Shown here: positions 39,072 to 48,025 of the stretch, in pieces | How the letters are laid out: each line of letters opens with the position of its first letter | How positions within the stretch are numbered: the first letter of the stretch is position 1 | Position numbers and translations under genes: made by a program | Source: Myxococcota bacterium | GTDB taxonomy: Bacteria; Myxococcota_A; UBA9160; JAFDDA01 | Reading direction: 5' to 3' | Assembly (NCBI GenBank): GCA_965228475.1 | Contig: OZ245817.1 | Coordinates: 448,001-512,000 of the forward strand | DNA length: 64,000 bases | The notes under the pieces: generated by a model | What the model was told of the DNA's origin: nothing | Seen by the model: only the letters and a program-made list of their open reading frames with translations | Database searches by the model: none

Positions 39072-39746
39072 TTGACGTCGGATGACTCGGGATCCATCGC
39101 GCTGAACGCCGCATCGCTGTCGTACGCCCATGCTCCGGGTGGCCCGGCGCTCTTGACCTTTCCGGACGTCACGATCGGCCGGGGCGAGACCTGTGCGGTG
39201 GTGGGGCCGTCCGGGAGCGGCAAGACGACGCTGCTGCACCTGGTCGCGGGGCTGCTCACGCCTCGGGCCGGCTCGATCCACGTCGCAGGCCAGCGGATGG
39301 ACACGGCCTCCCAGCGCGAACGGGACCGCCTGCGAGGGCGGCTGATCGGCATCGTCCTGCAGCAGCTGCGACTGGTCGCCTCACTCAGCGCGCTCGACAA
39401 CCTGCTGCTCGCCCAAAGCCTGGCGGGGCATCCAGCGGACCGCGAGGCCGCTGTGGAGAAACTGGTCGGGCTGGGGCTCGGGCATCGCCTTCATCATCGG
39501 CCGCGGGAGCTCAGCCAGGGCGAGGCCCAGCGCGTGGCCATCGCGCGCGCGACGCTCGGGCGGCCGGCACTGCTGCTCGCCGACGAGCCGACGTCGAGCC
39601 TGGATGACGCCAACGCGGAGATCGTGCTGCAGCTGCTCACGGAGCAGGCGGTGGAACACGGTGCGGCGCTGCTCGTCGTGACCCACGATGCGCGCATCCG
39701 CGGCCGGCTGGGGCAGGAAGTCGAGCTCGAGCGGGTGGCCGCATGA
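39072..39746 (+). CDS. ABC transporter ATP-binding protein (LolD/ZrgB-like)
   Basis: GPSGSGKT, LSQGE, LLLADEPT and VTHD motifs. Start uncertain (39021 or 39072). Confidence 0.92.
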   Translation: MTSDDSGSIALNAASLSYAHAPGGPALLTFPDVTIGRGETCAVVGPSGSGKTTLLHLVAGLLTPRAGSIHVAGQRMDTASQRERDRLRGRLIGIVLQQLRLVASLSALDNLLLAQSLAGHPADREAAVEKLVGLGLGHRLHHRPRELSQGEAQRVAIARATLGRPALLLADEPTSSLDDANAEIVLQLLTEQAVEHGAALLVVTHDARIRGRLGQEVELERVAA

Positions 39747-41014
39747 GCCTCGTTCGGCTTGCATGGGCCAATCTGCGCGCCGCGCCCCTGACCAGTGCCC
39801 TGAACGTCGGGCTTCTGGCGCTTGGAACCGCGACCATCGTCGTGCTCTTGCTGCTGTCGCACCAGATCGGCGAGACGTTGACGCGCGACGCCCGGGGGAT
39901 CGACCTGGTGCTCGGCGCCAAGGGCAGCCCCGTGCAGCTGGTGCTCTCGACCGTCTACCACGCCGACGTCCCGACCGGGAACATCCCCCTGGCCGAGGCC
40001 GAGCGCTGGGCCGAAGATCGGCGCGTCGCCCAGGCCATTCCCATGTCCCTGGGCGACAGCGCGCGCGGGTTCCGCATCGTCGGCACGACGCCCGACTACC
40101 CGGCCTTGTACGATGCCGGCCTCGCGGAGGGGAGGCTCTGGGGGGCCAGCCTGGAGGCGGTGCTGGGCGCCGAGGTGGCGCTGGCCACGGGCCTCGGGCC
40201 CGGCGACGTGCTGACCGGGTCGCACGGAATGAGTGGGATGGGTGACCACCACGCCGAATCGCCCTACCGCATCGTCGGGATCCTCGCGCCGACGGGCGCC
40301 GTCGTGGACCGGTTGATCCTGACCGGTCTCGAGAGCGTCTGGGACATCCACTCCGACGGGCATGCTCACGAAGAGGAGGGGGAGCATGAACACGAAGGCG
40401 AGGGCGAGCATGCTCACGCCGACGAGCATGCTCACGGCCACGGCGAAACGCCCGACACCGACGAAGGCCGCGAGATCACCGCGATGCTCTTCCGATACGC
40501 CTCACCGGTCGCTGCGGTCAGCCTGCCGCGCCAGATCAACACCCAATCCGATCTGCAGGCGGCGGCTCCGGCCTTCGAGCTCACGCGGTTGCTTCGGATC
40601 GTCGGCCTCGGGCTGGACGGCCTGCGGGCGTTCGCCGGGGTGCTGATCGCATCCGCGGCGTTCAGCGTGTTCGGCGCGATGTACGGCGCGTTGCAGACCC
40701 GTCGCGGCGAGCTGGCCATGATGCGTTGCCTCGGCGCGACCCGCGAGAAGCTCATGGCCAGCTTGCTGATCGAGGGGCTGCTCCTGGGGCTGGCGGGTGC
40801 ATTGCTCGGTCTGGCGCTGGGTCACCTGACGCTCGAAGCGCTCGGTGCGGTGCTCGCCGATGGGGGCGCGCTCCCGCTCACGGGTCGGATCCTGCTCCCG
40901 GAAGAGCTGGCGCTGGCCGCGGCGCTCGTGCTCGTCGCGCTGCTCGCCGCCGCGCTGCCGGCCTGGCAGGCGTATCGCACCGATGTCTCCCGCGCGCTGG
41001 CGACTCACGGATGA
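39743..41014 (+). CDS. FtsX/MacB-type ABC permease with His/Glu-rich insert
   Basis: IDLVLGAKGSP.QL.L...YH...PTGNI; HSDGHAHEEEGEHEHEGEGEHAHADEHAHGH. Confidence 0.9.
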   Translation: MSLVRLAWANLRAAPLTSALNVGLLALGTATIVVLLLLSHQIGETLTRDARGIDLVLGAKGSPVQLVLSTVYHADVPTGNIPLAEAERWAEDRRVAQAIPMSLGDSARGFRIVGTTPDYPALYDAGLAEGRLWGASLEAVLGAEVALATGLGPGDVLTGSHGMSGMGDHHAESPYRIVGILAPTGAVVDRLILTGLESVWDIHSDGHAHEEEGEHEHEGEGEHAHADEHAHGHGETPDTDEGREITAMLFRYASPVAAVSLPRQINTQSDLQAAAPAFELTRLLRIVGLGLDGLRAFAGVLIASAAFSVFGAMYGALQTRRGELAMMRCLGATREKLMASLLIEGLLLGLAGALLGLALGHLTLEALGAVLADGGALPLTGRILLPEELALAAALVLVALLAAALPAWQAYRTDVSRALATHG

Positions 41015-41958
41015 CCGGGCCGACGCGCCACGACCGAGCCCGAAAGGTGGTGTTCGTTCTCGTCGCCGCCCTCGCCGTCACGTCCTGCGGCGACGGGGGC
41101 GAGGCCGTGCCCAGCGAGCCCGCACCCTCCGGCGTCGCGGACCGGCCCTCGAGCCCGGCTGCGCCCCCGCCCTCGCTTCGGGCGGAGGGCGTGAGGATCG
41201 CTTCCGAAGCGGTCGACTTCAAAGATGCTCTCCGTCCCCTGCGCCTGGCGATGGGTTCGAGGACCTCCTACGAGGGCCCCGATGGCAGGCTGGTCCTGGA
41301 CGTCCTGGAAGGCGACTTCGTTCGCGCGACGCTCCTGATCCTCGACGCGAAGGACCGCCCCGTACGCGGCCTGCGTCCGAAGATCACGCCCGAGGGAGAC
41401 AGCCGCGTCATCGACGCCCCCCCGTTCTCGGACGAGTTGGGCCAGTACCGATTCGCGCTCATGGGCGGCACGATGGGCGAGGAGGAGGTCCAGATCTCGG
41501 CCGGCGATGCCGTCGGGTCGTTGATCCTGAACGTCATCAGCCAGCGCGCGGCCGGCTACGGCTGGCTCGCGGACATCGAGGGCATCCTCGGCTGGGATCT
41601 CCTTCTCGAGGCCGAGGTCGTCTGGGGCGAGGAAGAGCTCACCTCGAAGTTCCCGGAGGCGATTCGGGCGAAGGACGGGCAGACGGTGAAGCTCGCCGGG
41701 TTCTTGATGCCCCTCGAGGCGGCGCGCATGCAGCGCCACTTCGTCCTGACCTCGAACCCCCCGAGCTGCTTCTTCCACGTACCCGGTGGGCCGGCGGGTG
41801 CCATCGAGGTCTTCGCGAAGGAGCCGATCGAGGCAGGGTGGGACCCGATCCTGCTGGAGGGGCGTTTCGAGGCGGTCCCGGCGAGCGAAGACGGCGTGGT
41901 CTACCGCCTGCACGAAGCGCGCGCGCTTCCGCTGGAGCCTCCCGAGCCGGCTTCCTGA
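41011..41958 (+). CDS. DUF3299-domain lipoprotein with N-terminal Ig-like region
   Basis: VTSC lipobox; DGQTVKLAGFLMPL...FVLT..PPSCFFHVP C-terminal domain. Confidence 0.8.
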   Translation: MTGPTRHDRARKVVFVLVAALAVTSCGDGGEAVPSEPAPSGVADRPSSPAAPPPSLRAEGVRIASEAVDFKDALRPLRLAMGSRTSYEGPDGRLVLDVLEGDFVRATLLILDAKDRPVRGLRPKITPEGDSRVIDAPPFSDELGQYRFALMGGTMGEEEVQISAGDAVGSLILNVISQRAAGYGWLADIEGILGWDLLLEAEVVWGEEELTSKFPEAIRAKDGQTVKLAGFLMPLEAARMQRHFVLTSNPPSCFFHVPGGPAGAIEVFAKEPIEAGWDPILLEGRFEAVPASEDGVVYRLHEARALPLEPPEPAS

Positions 41959-41986
41959 ACTTCGTCGGGCGCGACGCCCAGCGGGA

Positions 41987-42012
41987 AAGGACCGGGCCGA
42001 AGCCCGGTCCTT
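41987..42012. terminator. Hairpin between convergent genes (probable bidirectional terminator)
   Basis: AAGGACCGGGC-CGAA-GCCCGGTCCTT perfect 11-bp stem. Confidence 0.7.
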
Positions 42013-42021
42013 CGGGTGGGT

Positions 42022-42627
42022 CTAGGGCTGGTAGGGCAGCGACGAATCCTGCAGGAAGATCAGGACGCGATCGTCCGGCGTCTTCACGTAGCCTTTCGTG
42101 TACTCGACCTTGGTCTCGGTGCCGTCCGGGCCGGTGAAGTAGTAGTGACCCATCGCGATGGCGAGGTTGCCCTGCATCTTCACGGTGTGGTTGTCGAAGC
42201 GGACCTTCGACCACGGCCGCAGGGCGAAGCCCTTGTCTTCCGCGTACTTCTCGTTGCCCGCGACGAAGTAGCTCAGCGCGCCTTCCAGGTCGGGGCGGAA
42301 GGGCTGCACCGAAGCCAGCGTCGGCTTGAACTGGATCGGTCCGAGGTCGAACGCGTAGGCGCCGCGAGCCGCCTTCTCGGCGACCTTCGCCGCCTTGCCC
42401 CCGGCCTTGCCGATCGCGACGACGGCATCGCCCCAGGCGGCCTGCGCAGCTTCGACGTCGGCCTGGGTGATCTGCGGACCGTCGGGCAGGAAGCTCACAT
42501 GATCCGAGAACTTGTTGGCATGCGTGTCCGCTTGCGCCGCGGGTGCGGCGAGCAGCGCGGCAGCAAAAAGGGCGGGAACGAGAAGCCGCCGGCGGCGCGC
42601 GGCGACGGTCGTATCGGAAAAAGTCAT
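42022..42627 (-). CDS. Secreted COG4337/iota-carbonic-anhydrase-like protein (HHSS replaced by QDSS)
   Basis: Q..WG...I.IG, FKPT, ALSYFV, EDKGFA..PW..VRFDN, AMGHYYFT, KVEYT and SSLPY motifs; AAGGAG RBS. Confidence 0.82.
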   Translation of the reverse strand: MTFSDTTVAARRRRLLVPALFAAALLAAPAAQADTHANKFSDHVSFLPDGPQITQADVEAAQAAWGDAVVAIGKAGGKAAKVAEKAARGAYAFDLGPIQFKPTLASVQPFRPDLEGALSYFVAGNEKYAEDKGFALRPWSKVRFDNHTVKMQGNLAIAMGHYYFTGPDGTETKVEYTKGYVKTPDDRVLIFLQDSSLPYQP

Positions 42628-42778
42628 GGCGATGGCCTCCTTGCGAAATCGTGACCCTCGTTTCTTAGGACGTCCCCACACCTCGGGCCATTAGAAAAGA
42701 AGCAAGAAGAACTTCGAAAAAATGGAATAGTAGGGAGCGGGCCGATCGGTGCGTTCGTCGCGGGGCCCGCCGAAGGGC

Positions 42779-44524
42779 CTAGTCGGTCGATCGATCGAGA
42801 AGTTCGTTCAGCTCGAGCACGGCCGGGTGGATCGTCGCCTGGCCCTCGCAGGTCGAGACGAAGTCGCGGTGGAACCATGCCCAGAGCCACTCCCAAAGTG
42901 TGGCGCCGCTGCGCAGGGTGTCCGGTTCGCCTCGTTCGGCACACCCATCCGTCCGGTCTTCGAAGAACGACAGCAGGAACCGCGCGTGGCCGGGCCGGTC
43001 CGTGAGTGCGCGCTTGTACGCGAAATGGGCCAGCCGCGTGAGCCACCGCCGCGCCGAAGGCCAGGCGAGATCCTCCGCGCCGAGTTCGGCCAACCCGTCC
43101 AGGAGTGCGCGGAACGCGAAACCGATGGACTGACTTCGAGAGGGTGTGAAGTAGGCAGCGAAGTCGATCGGGATCACGCCGCTCGGGGATCGGGAACCTT
43201 CACTGAAGTCGAGGGGATCCTCGCTCGCCGCGAAGGCCAGCATCCAGAGCTGTTCCCACTCGAGCAGGTCGTCGAAGCCGGGCGGCGGATCGCCCTCGAA
43301 GAGGTCGAGGAGGTACTGCTCGTAGTACGCCCGCTCCTCGGGCTCGTCGAGGTCGGGGTGTCCGAGGAGGAACCCGTCGGGGGCGGGGCCGTCCTTCAAC
43401 ACGAAGGGGATCAGTCCGAAGTAGACCTCTTCGTCCTCGATCCCGATCGCCTCCATGAAGTTCGCGCGCTGGTCGTAGACCAGGAAGATGCTCTCCACGA
43501 AGTGGTCGATCGTCGTCCGGCGGCGATCGAGGGTCGGTGAGTAGGTGTGGAAGCGGAGCTCGCCGGCGTCGAAGTCGAGCTCGTAGAGCCGGAGCCAGCC
43601 GTCGCCGCCGTTCCGGGCGTCCTGATAGTTGGAGAGGATCTGGACGATCGTCTGGGCCGCGTCGTTCTGCTCGTCGAGGCGCAGCCAGTCCGAGTGGACG
43701 TGCCCCGCGTGCACCATGAGGACGTTCGGGTGCCGGCGAACGAACTCGTGGAAGAACTCCTCGCCCGAGTGCGAGTCGACCACACGGCTCTGGATCCGGA
43801 CCGGAAGCGTGATCGGGCCCAGCAGGGTGTCCACCTCTTCCCCAAAGCGCCCCGCGGCGAGCTTGAAGTCGGCGAGGTAGCGGTGGGTGCCGATGATGAA
43901 GATCGTGTCGGGGTTGGCGGAGACCAGATCCATCGCCCAATCGATCTCGGCTTGGGGGTGATCGAGGCTGAAGTTCAGGAAACCGAGCTTGTAGTGCTCG
44001 TGCTCGATCTGCTGGAAGTTCGCGCCTCCAGCGGGCGAGGACGCCGTGTACCACGGGCGCCCCGCGAAACGCTGGGGGCCGAAGTTGTCGAGGTAGTTGA
44101 AGCGGTAGTCCGGGCCGTGGCTTCGATCGTGGTTGCCCATGACGGTGCCGTGGGGGATGTCGGCTTCGAGGAGGAGCCCCATGGCGTCCTCGGCGAGCGC
44201 CCACTGATCGAGGTCGTCCCCTTTGTGAACGATGTCGCCGAGGTGGGCTACGTAGCCGATGCCGAGGGCGTCGGCCTGCTCGACCAGCCAGCGCGTCTGA
44301 TCGTGGAAGATGGCGCCGGTCCCCCGTGGGTCCGTGATGGCGGGCGTTTCTTCGTGGCCGGGGAACCGGTCGTCCGCGTAGATCTGGGTGTCCGGGAGAG
44401 ACGCAAAGACGAAGGGGGCCGCCTGGGCCGGAAGGGCCAGGAGCAGGGTCAGGGTCGCGCCGAGGTGGAACCCGCGGCGAAGCCTGCGGAGCTTCGGCGA
44501 TTCGTGGCGATTCCGTTCCGGCAT
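42779..44524 (-). CDS. Secreted calcineurin-like metallophosphoesterase
   Basis: PDTQ, HLGDIV, MGNHD, THRY and GHVH motifs; GGDGWLRL. Confidence 0.88.
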   Translation of the reverse strand: MPERNRHESPKLRRLRRGFHLGATLTLLLALPAQAAPFVFASLPDTQIYADDRFPGHEETPAITDPRGTGAIFHDQTRWLVEQADALGIGYVAHLGDIVHKGDDLDQWALAEDAMGLLLEADIPHGTVMGNHDRSHGPDYRFNYLDNFGPQRFAGRPWYTASSPAGGANFQQIEHEHYKLGFLNFSLDHPQAEIDWAMDLVSANPDTIFIIGTHRYLADFKLAAGRFGEEVDTLLGPITLPVRIQSRVVDSHSGEEFFHEFVRRHPNVLMVHAGHVHSDWLRLDEQNDAAQTIVQILSNYQDARNGGDGWLRLYELDFDAGELRFHTYSPTLDRRRTTIDHFVESIFLVYDQRANFMEAIGIEDEEVYFGLIPFVLKDGPAPDGFLLGHPDLDEPEERAYYEQYLLDLFEGDPPPGFDDLLEWEQLWMLAFAASEDPLDFSEGSRSPSGVIPIDFAAYFTPSRSQSIGFAFRALLDGLAELGAEDLAWPSARRWLTRLAHFAYKRALTDRPGHARFLLSFFEDRTDGCAERGEPDTLRSGATLWEWLWAWFHRDFVSTCEGQATIHPAVLELNELLDRSTD

Positions 44525-44569
44525 CCCTTGGCCTCCTCCAAGACCCCCGGGCGCGAGAAGGGGCTGGAT

Positions 44570-44620
44570 TCGACGGCACTATATCATGCATAATTATACT
44601 ATTACATTAGATATTCGGGC
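44570..44620. promoter_or_regulatory. AT-rich divergent promoter/operator region
   Basis: ATATCATGCATAATTATACTATTACATTAGATAT contains -10-like hexamers, between the divergent phosphoesterase and TetR genes. Confidence 0.5.
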
Positions 44621-44680
44621 CTGCTCCCGGGAAGAGCAGCGCCTAAGCTCCGGCCGCCGCCGGGTCGGCCGAGGTGAGGG

Positions 44681-45937
44681 ATGCAGCTGCGGGAGCGAAA
44701 GAAGCGGGAGACGCGGCAGGCCCTCTACCTCGCCGCGCGGGATCTGTTCGCGGCCCAGGGCTTCTCGGCGACCACGCTCAGCCAGATCGCCGAGACCGCG
44801 GATGTCTCCGTCCCGACCCTCCGCAACTACTTCGGCGACAAGGACGGCTTCCTCGCCCACCAGCTCCGACACGAGATTCGCAAGCAGTTCGAGGACAAGG
44901 GCGGGCTGATGGCCCAGCTCTTCCAGCGCGCCGCCGTCGACGGTTGGGCGGCCCCGGCCCATGCTGCGGCCGTGGCTCTCGAAGTTCTGGCCTCCACGCA
45001 CGCGGAGTCGCGGGACCTGATCGCCAACCACATGCGTGTCGTCGTGAGCCGGACGGACGGTATCAAGCTGCTCGAGAGCTTGACGGTGGCGATTCGCGAC
45101 GGGATCGACATCGGCCGCGGGAAGGGAGCCGTCCGCACCGACGTCCCGGCGGGAAGTCTCGCTCGAATGCTCGCGGCGATGATCCCCGGCGCGCTGATCA
45201 ACTGGGTCCAGACGCCCGGCCTTCCTCCGCGGGCGAGCACGATGGTCGTCCTGGCCATGGTCCGGGACCTGGTCGCGCACTCGCCCGATCAAGCGTCGAC
45301 CGCAGAGAGCGTGCGCGAGTTCGCCGACGAGATCGATGCGCTCGAGCCGCCTCCTGCCGACCCGCGGACGCCTCGAAAAGCGGGGACGCTCCGCTCGCGG
45401 ATCTACGAGGGCGCCCGCCACAGGTTCGTCGAGCAGGGCGTCAAGGCCACTCGCATCTCGGATCTCGCGACGGACCTCTCGGTCAGTCCGCTGACCGTCC
45501 ACTACCACTACGGGACGAAGGAGGGGCTGATCGCCGAACTCCTCCTCGAGGTGGCCGATGCGGCGACCGAGCTCACCGATCGCCTGCTCGCGGGCCGTGC
45601 CGATCCGGTCGCGCGGCGAGCAGCCGCGTTGGAGCGCCTGTCCGACGTCGCCGATACCGACCGCGAACTCGTCGCCGCCTTGCTCTGCGCTTCGTACGGG
45701 CACCCCGCCGGCATGCAGGCCACACGGATGCTGTTCGAATGCATGGTGCGTTGGGTCGAGGAAGGGCAGAGCGCTGGCTCGGTGCGCTCCGACTACTCCG
45801 CACGCGTCCTGGCCAGGATCGCGTTCGATCTGGTGCAAGGGCTCCTGATCCACTGGATCCAGGAACCGGGCCGTCCCCTCGACGAGGCCGCCAACGAGGC
45901 GCTCGACGCGGTGGCCCTCCTCACGGAGCCGCGCTAG
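44681..45937 (+). CDS. Tandem (double) TetR-family regulator
   Basis: Two HTH units: LRERKK..GFSATTLSQIA..YFGDK and EQGVKATRISDLA..HYGTKEGL. Confidence 0.88.
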   Translation: MQLRERKKRETRQALYLAARDLFAAQGFSATTLSQIAETADVSVPTLRNYFGDKDGFLAHQLRHEIRKQFEDKGGLMAQLFQRAAVDGWAAPAHAAAVALEVLASTHAESRDLIANHMRVVVSRTDGIKLLESLTVAIRDGIDIGRGKGAVRTDVPAGSLARMLAAMIPGALINWVQTPGLPPRASTMVVLAMVRDLVAHSPDQASTAESVREFADEIDALEPPPADPRTPRKAGTLRSRIYEGARHRFVEQGVKATRISDLATDLSVSPLTVHYHYGTKEGLIAELLLEVADAATELTDRLLAGRADPVARRAAALERLSDVADTDRELVAALLCASYGHPAGMQATRMLFECMVRWVEEGQSAGSVRSDYSARVLARIAFDLVQGLLIHWIQEPGRPLDEAANEALDAVALLTEPR

Positions 45938-45989
45938 CGGGCGCCGCCGGTGGCGACGCCCGCTTCGGGCCGAGTGCCTGCGCGACGGG

Positions 45990-46760
45990 TCAGCGATGGG
46001 CCGCGCGCCGCGAACCCGTCACCGCCAGCCCGATCATTCCCAATGTGGCGAGAGCGGCCGCGGTGGGTTCCGGCACGCTGGCCGGGACGTGGGCCGCGAT
46101 GCCGCGGCGCTTGTTGGATCCCCAGTTCAGGTCGTCGTCGAGCAGGGTCGAGGTGTCCGCCGAGAGGTCGCGGAGATAGAGGCCCCCGTCGGTCGAGTAG
46201 AGGATCGTTCCGTTGTCGGCGGTGCCGTCGCCCGTGTAGGCGGCAATGCCCGCGTGCTCGCCGCTTCCGGACCAGTTCCGGTCGTCGTCGATGACGGTCG
46301 TGGAGTTCGTCAGGAGATCGATGAGGATGAGGTTTCCGCCGTTGGTGGTCGCGACGATCGTTCCGTCATCGGCCGTGCCATCCCCCGTGTAGGCCGCGAT
46401 GCCGCGGTAGCCGTCGCCGGTCGTCCAGGTGATGTCGTTGTCGAGGGTGATTTCGTCCCCCGTCGAGAGGTCGACCAGGATGAGGTTGTTGTTGCCGATC
46501 GTGATGATCGAACCCGTGTCGGGGGAGCCGTCGCCCGAGTAGCTGGCGATCGAGCGGTACTCGCCGCTTCCGCCCTTCTGCCAATCGAAGTCGTCGTCGA
46601 GAACGGTGTTGGAGTCGGTGCCGATGTCACGGATCACGAGCTCATCGTTTCCGGTGACCGTGATCAGCGTCCCGTCGTCGGCGCCGATGATCACGGCCCG
46701 GGCGGCGCCGGGGAAGCTTGCGAGCAACAGTGCGATCACAGCAAGAAGAATGCGTTTCAT
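45990..46760 (-). CDS. PEP-CTERM protein with four ~50-aa repeats
   Basis: Signal peptide; VPEPTAAALATLGMIGLAVTGSRR tail; GAAAGG RBS. Confidence 0.88.
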   Translation of the reverse strand: MKRILLAVIALLLASFPGAARAVIIGADDGTLITVTGNDELVIRDIGTDSNTVLDDDFDWQKGGSGEYRSIASYSGDGSPDTGSIITIGNNNLILVDLSTGDEITLDNDITWTTGDGYRGIAAYTGDGTADDGTIVATTNGGNLILIDLLTNSTTVIDDDRNWSGSGEHAGIAAYTGDGTADNGTILYSTDGGLYLRDLSADTSTLLDDDLNWGSNKRRGIAAHVPASVPEPTAAALATLGMIGLAVTGSRRAAHR

Positions 46761-46825
46761 GGTGTCGTTCCTTTCAGGGTGGGTTCGTTCCCGCCGTCTG
46801 GAGGGCGCGGTGGTCGTTCGAGAAG

Positions 46826-47734
46826 TCATTGGCTGCGCCGTCGGGCAGCGACCCCGACGAGAAGAGCCACGGAGGTGAGCAGGGCGACCGGCGACGTCTC
46901 CGGAAGGGTCGGGATCAGCGCGGAGCTCGTCGCCGCGACGCTGGTTTCGCCGAGGGTGATCGTCAGATCCTCGATGTCGACGTTCACGCCGTTGCAGAGC
47001 GGAATCGGACACGAGCCGATCTGATAGCGGAAGTCGTCGACCGGGAAGGCCAGGCCCGCGAGGTTCGGGACGGTGAGTTCGCTCCCGTCTTCGCTCCCCG
47101 CGGCGAACGTCCGCGCGAGGGTCATGATCCAGGGGGCGTCGTCGAGGGTGACCGACTCGACGACGCTCGTGTTGAAGTTGCCGAGCGTCCCGCTCAGCGA
47201 GAGGCCGATCCGGGCCTCGACCCCGAGGTCGACCGTGTCGAAGGCGAGCCACGAGTCGGCGCTTTCGTCGCCGAGGTTCGCGAGGAAGTCTTCTTCGAAG
47301 GTCAGGGTCAGCTCTTCGATCGTCACCGCCAGCACCAGGTTGAAGTTGACGCCGCGGACGCTGAAGCCGAGGTTGTCCTGGGTCCCGCCGAGGTTCTCGT
47401 ACGAGATCTCGAAGTCACCCGCCGCGACCTCGAGCTGTTGGTCCCAGACGCCTGGGTCGAGCTGGGTTCGCGGGGTTCCCCAGTCGGCGACGATCGCTCC
47501 GCTGCCCTCACTCGAGAGCGGGACGTCCGTCAGACTTCCACCTCGGGAGGGGTTGCTGACGCCGCTGATCTTGAACGTGAACTGGTAGTCGCCGCTCAAG
47601 GTGGCGTTCAGGGGCGCGTCGACCACCGTGTACGTCACGGGAACGGCATGGGATGGGGCTGCCAGGGCAGAGCCGACGAGGACGGCGGCCAACCCGAGGA
47701 AGTGGCGAGGAGCGGTGCGAGAAAAGAGAGGCAA
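46826..47734 (-). CDS. Secreted protein with IPTL-CTERM-like tail
   Basis: Signal ...ALAAPSHA-VP; tail LIPTLPETSPVALLTSVALLVGVAARRRSQ; GGAG RBS before TTG. Confidence 0.8.
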   Translation of the reverse strand: MPLFSRTAPRHFLGLAAVLVGSALAAPSHAVPVTYTVVDAPLNATLSGDYQFTFKISGVSNPSRGGSLTDVPLSSEGSGAIVADWGTPRTQLDPGVWDQQLEVAAGDFEISYENLGGTQDNLGFSVRGVNFNLVLAVTIEELTLTFEEDFLANLGDESADSWLAFDTVDLGVEARIGLSLSGTLGNFNTSVVESVTLDDAPWIMTLARTFAAGSEDGSELTVPNLAGLAFPVDDFRYQIGSCPIPLCNGVNVDIEDLTITLGETSVAATSSALIPTLPETSPVALLTSVALLVGVAARRRSQ

Positions 47735-47770
47735 GGCGTTCTCCTGCGGAAGGGTTGCGATGGAGCCAAC

Positions 47771-47786
47771 TGCACGCCGTGTGCCA
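47771..47786 (-). promoter_or_regulatory. Sigma54 (-24/-12) promoter
   Basis: TGGCACACGGCGTGCA (GG-N10-GC), about 36 nt upstream of the 47734 start. Confidence 0.75.
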
Positions 47787-47872
47787 GTTTCCGGGGATGA
47801 GGAAAGACAAGCGAAGTCAAATACTTAGAAAGTCAGCACCGTTCGAGCCGAGCCTAGCTCGTAAAAATAATT

Positions 47873-47906
47873 ACTAAATAAGAGAAAATATTTTCTCTTA
47901 TTTAGT
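47873..47906. repeat. Perfect 34-bp AT-rich palindrome (putative operator/enhancer)
   Basis: ACTAAATAAGAGAAAAT|ATTTTCTCTTATTTAGT. Confidence 0.9.
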
Positions 47907-48025
47907 CGAGTGTTCACAGCTCGAGGTTGGCTCCGGCCGCCTGCCGGGCCGCCCGGTCGACGGCCGACGTGCGACCCTCGTCGACAGTGGGCGTCGCTTC
48001 GAGCAGGTCTGCATCCGTACCGGCG

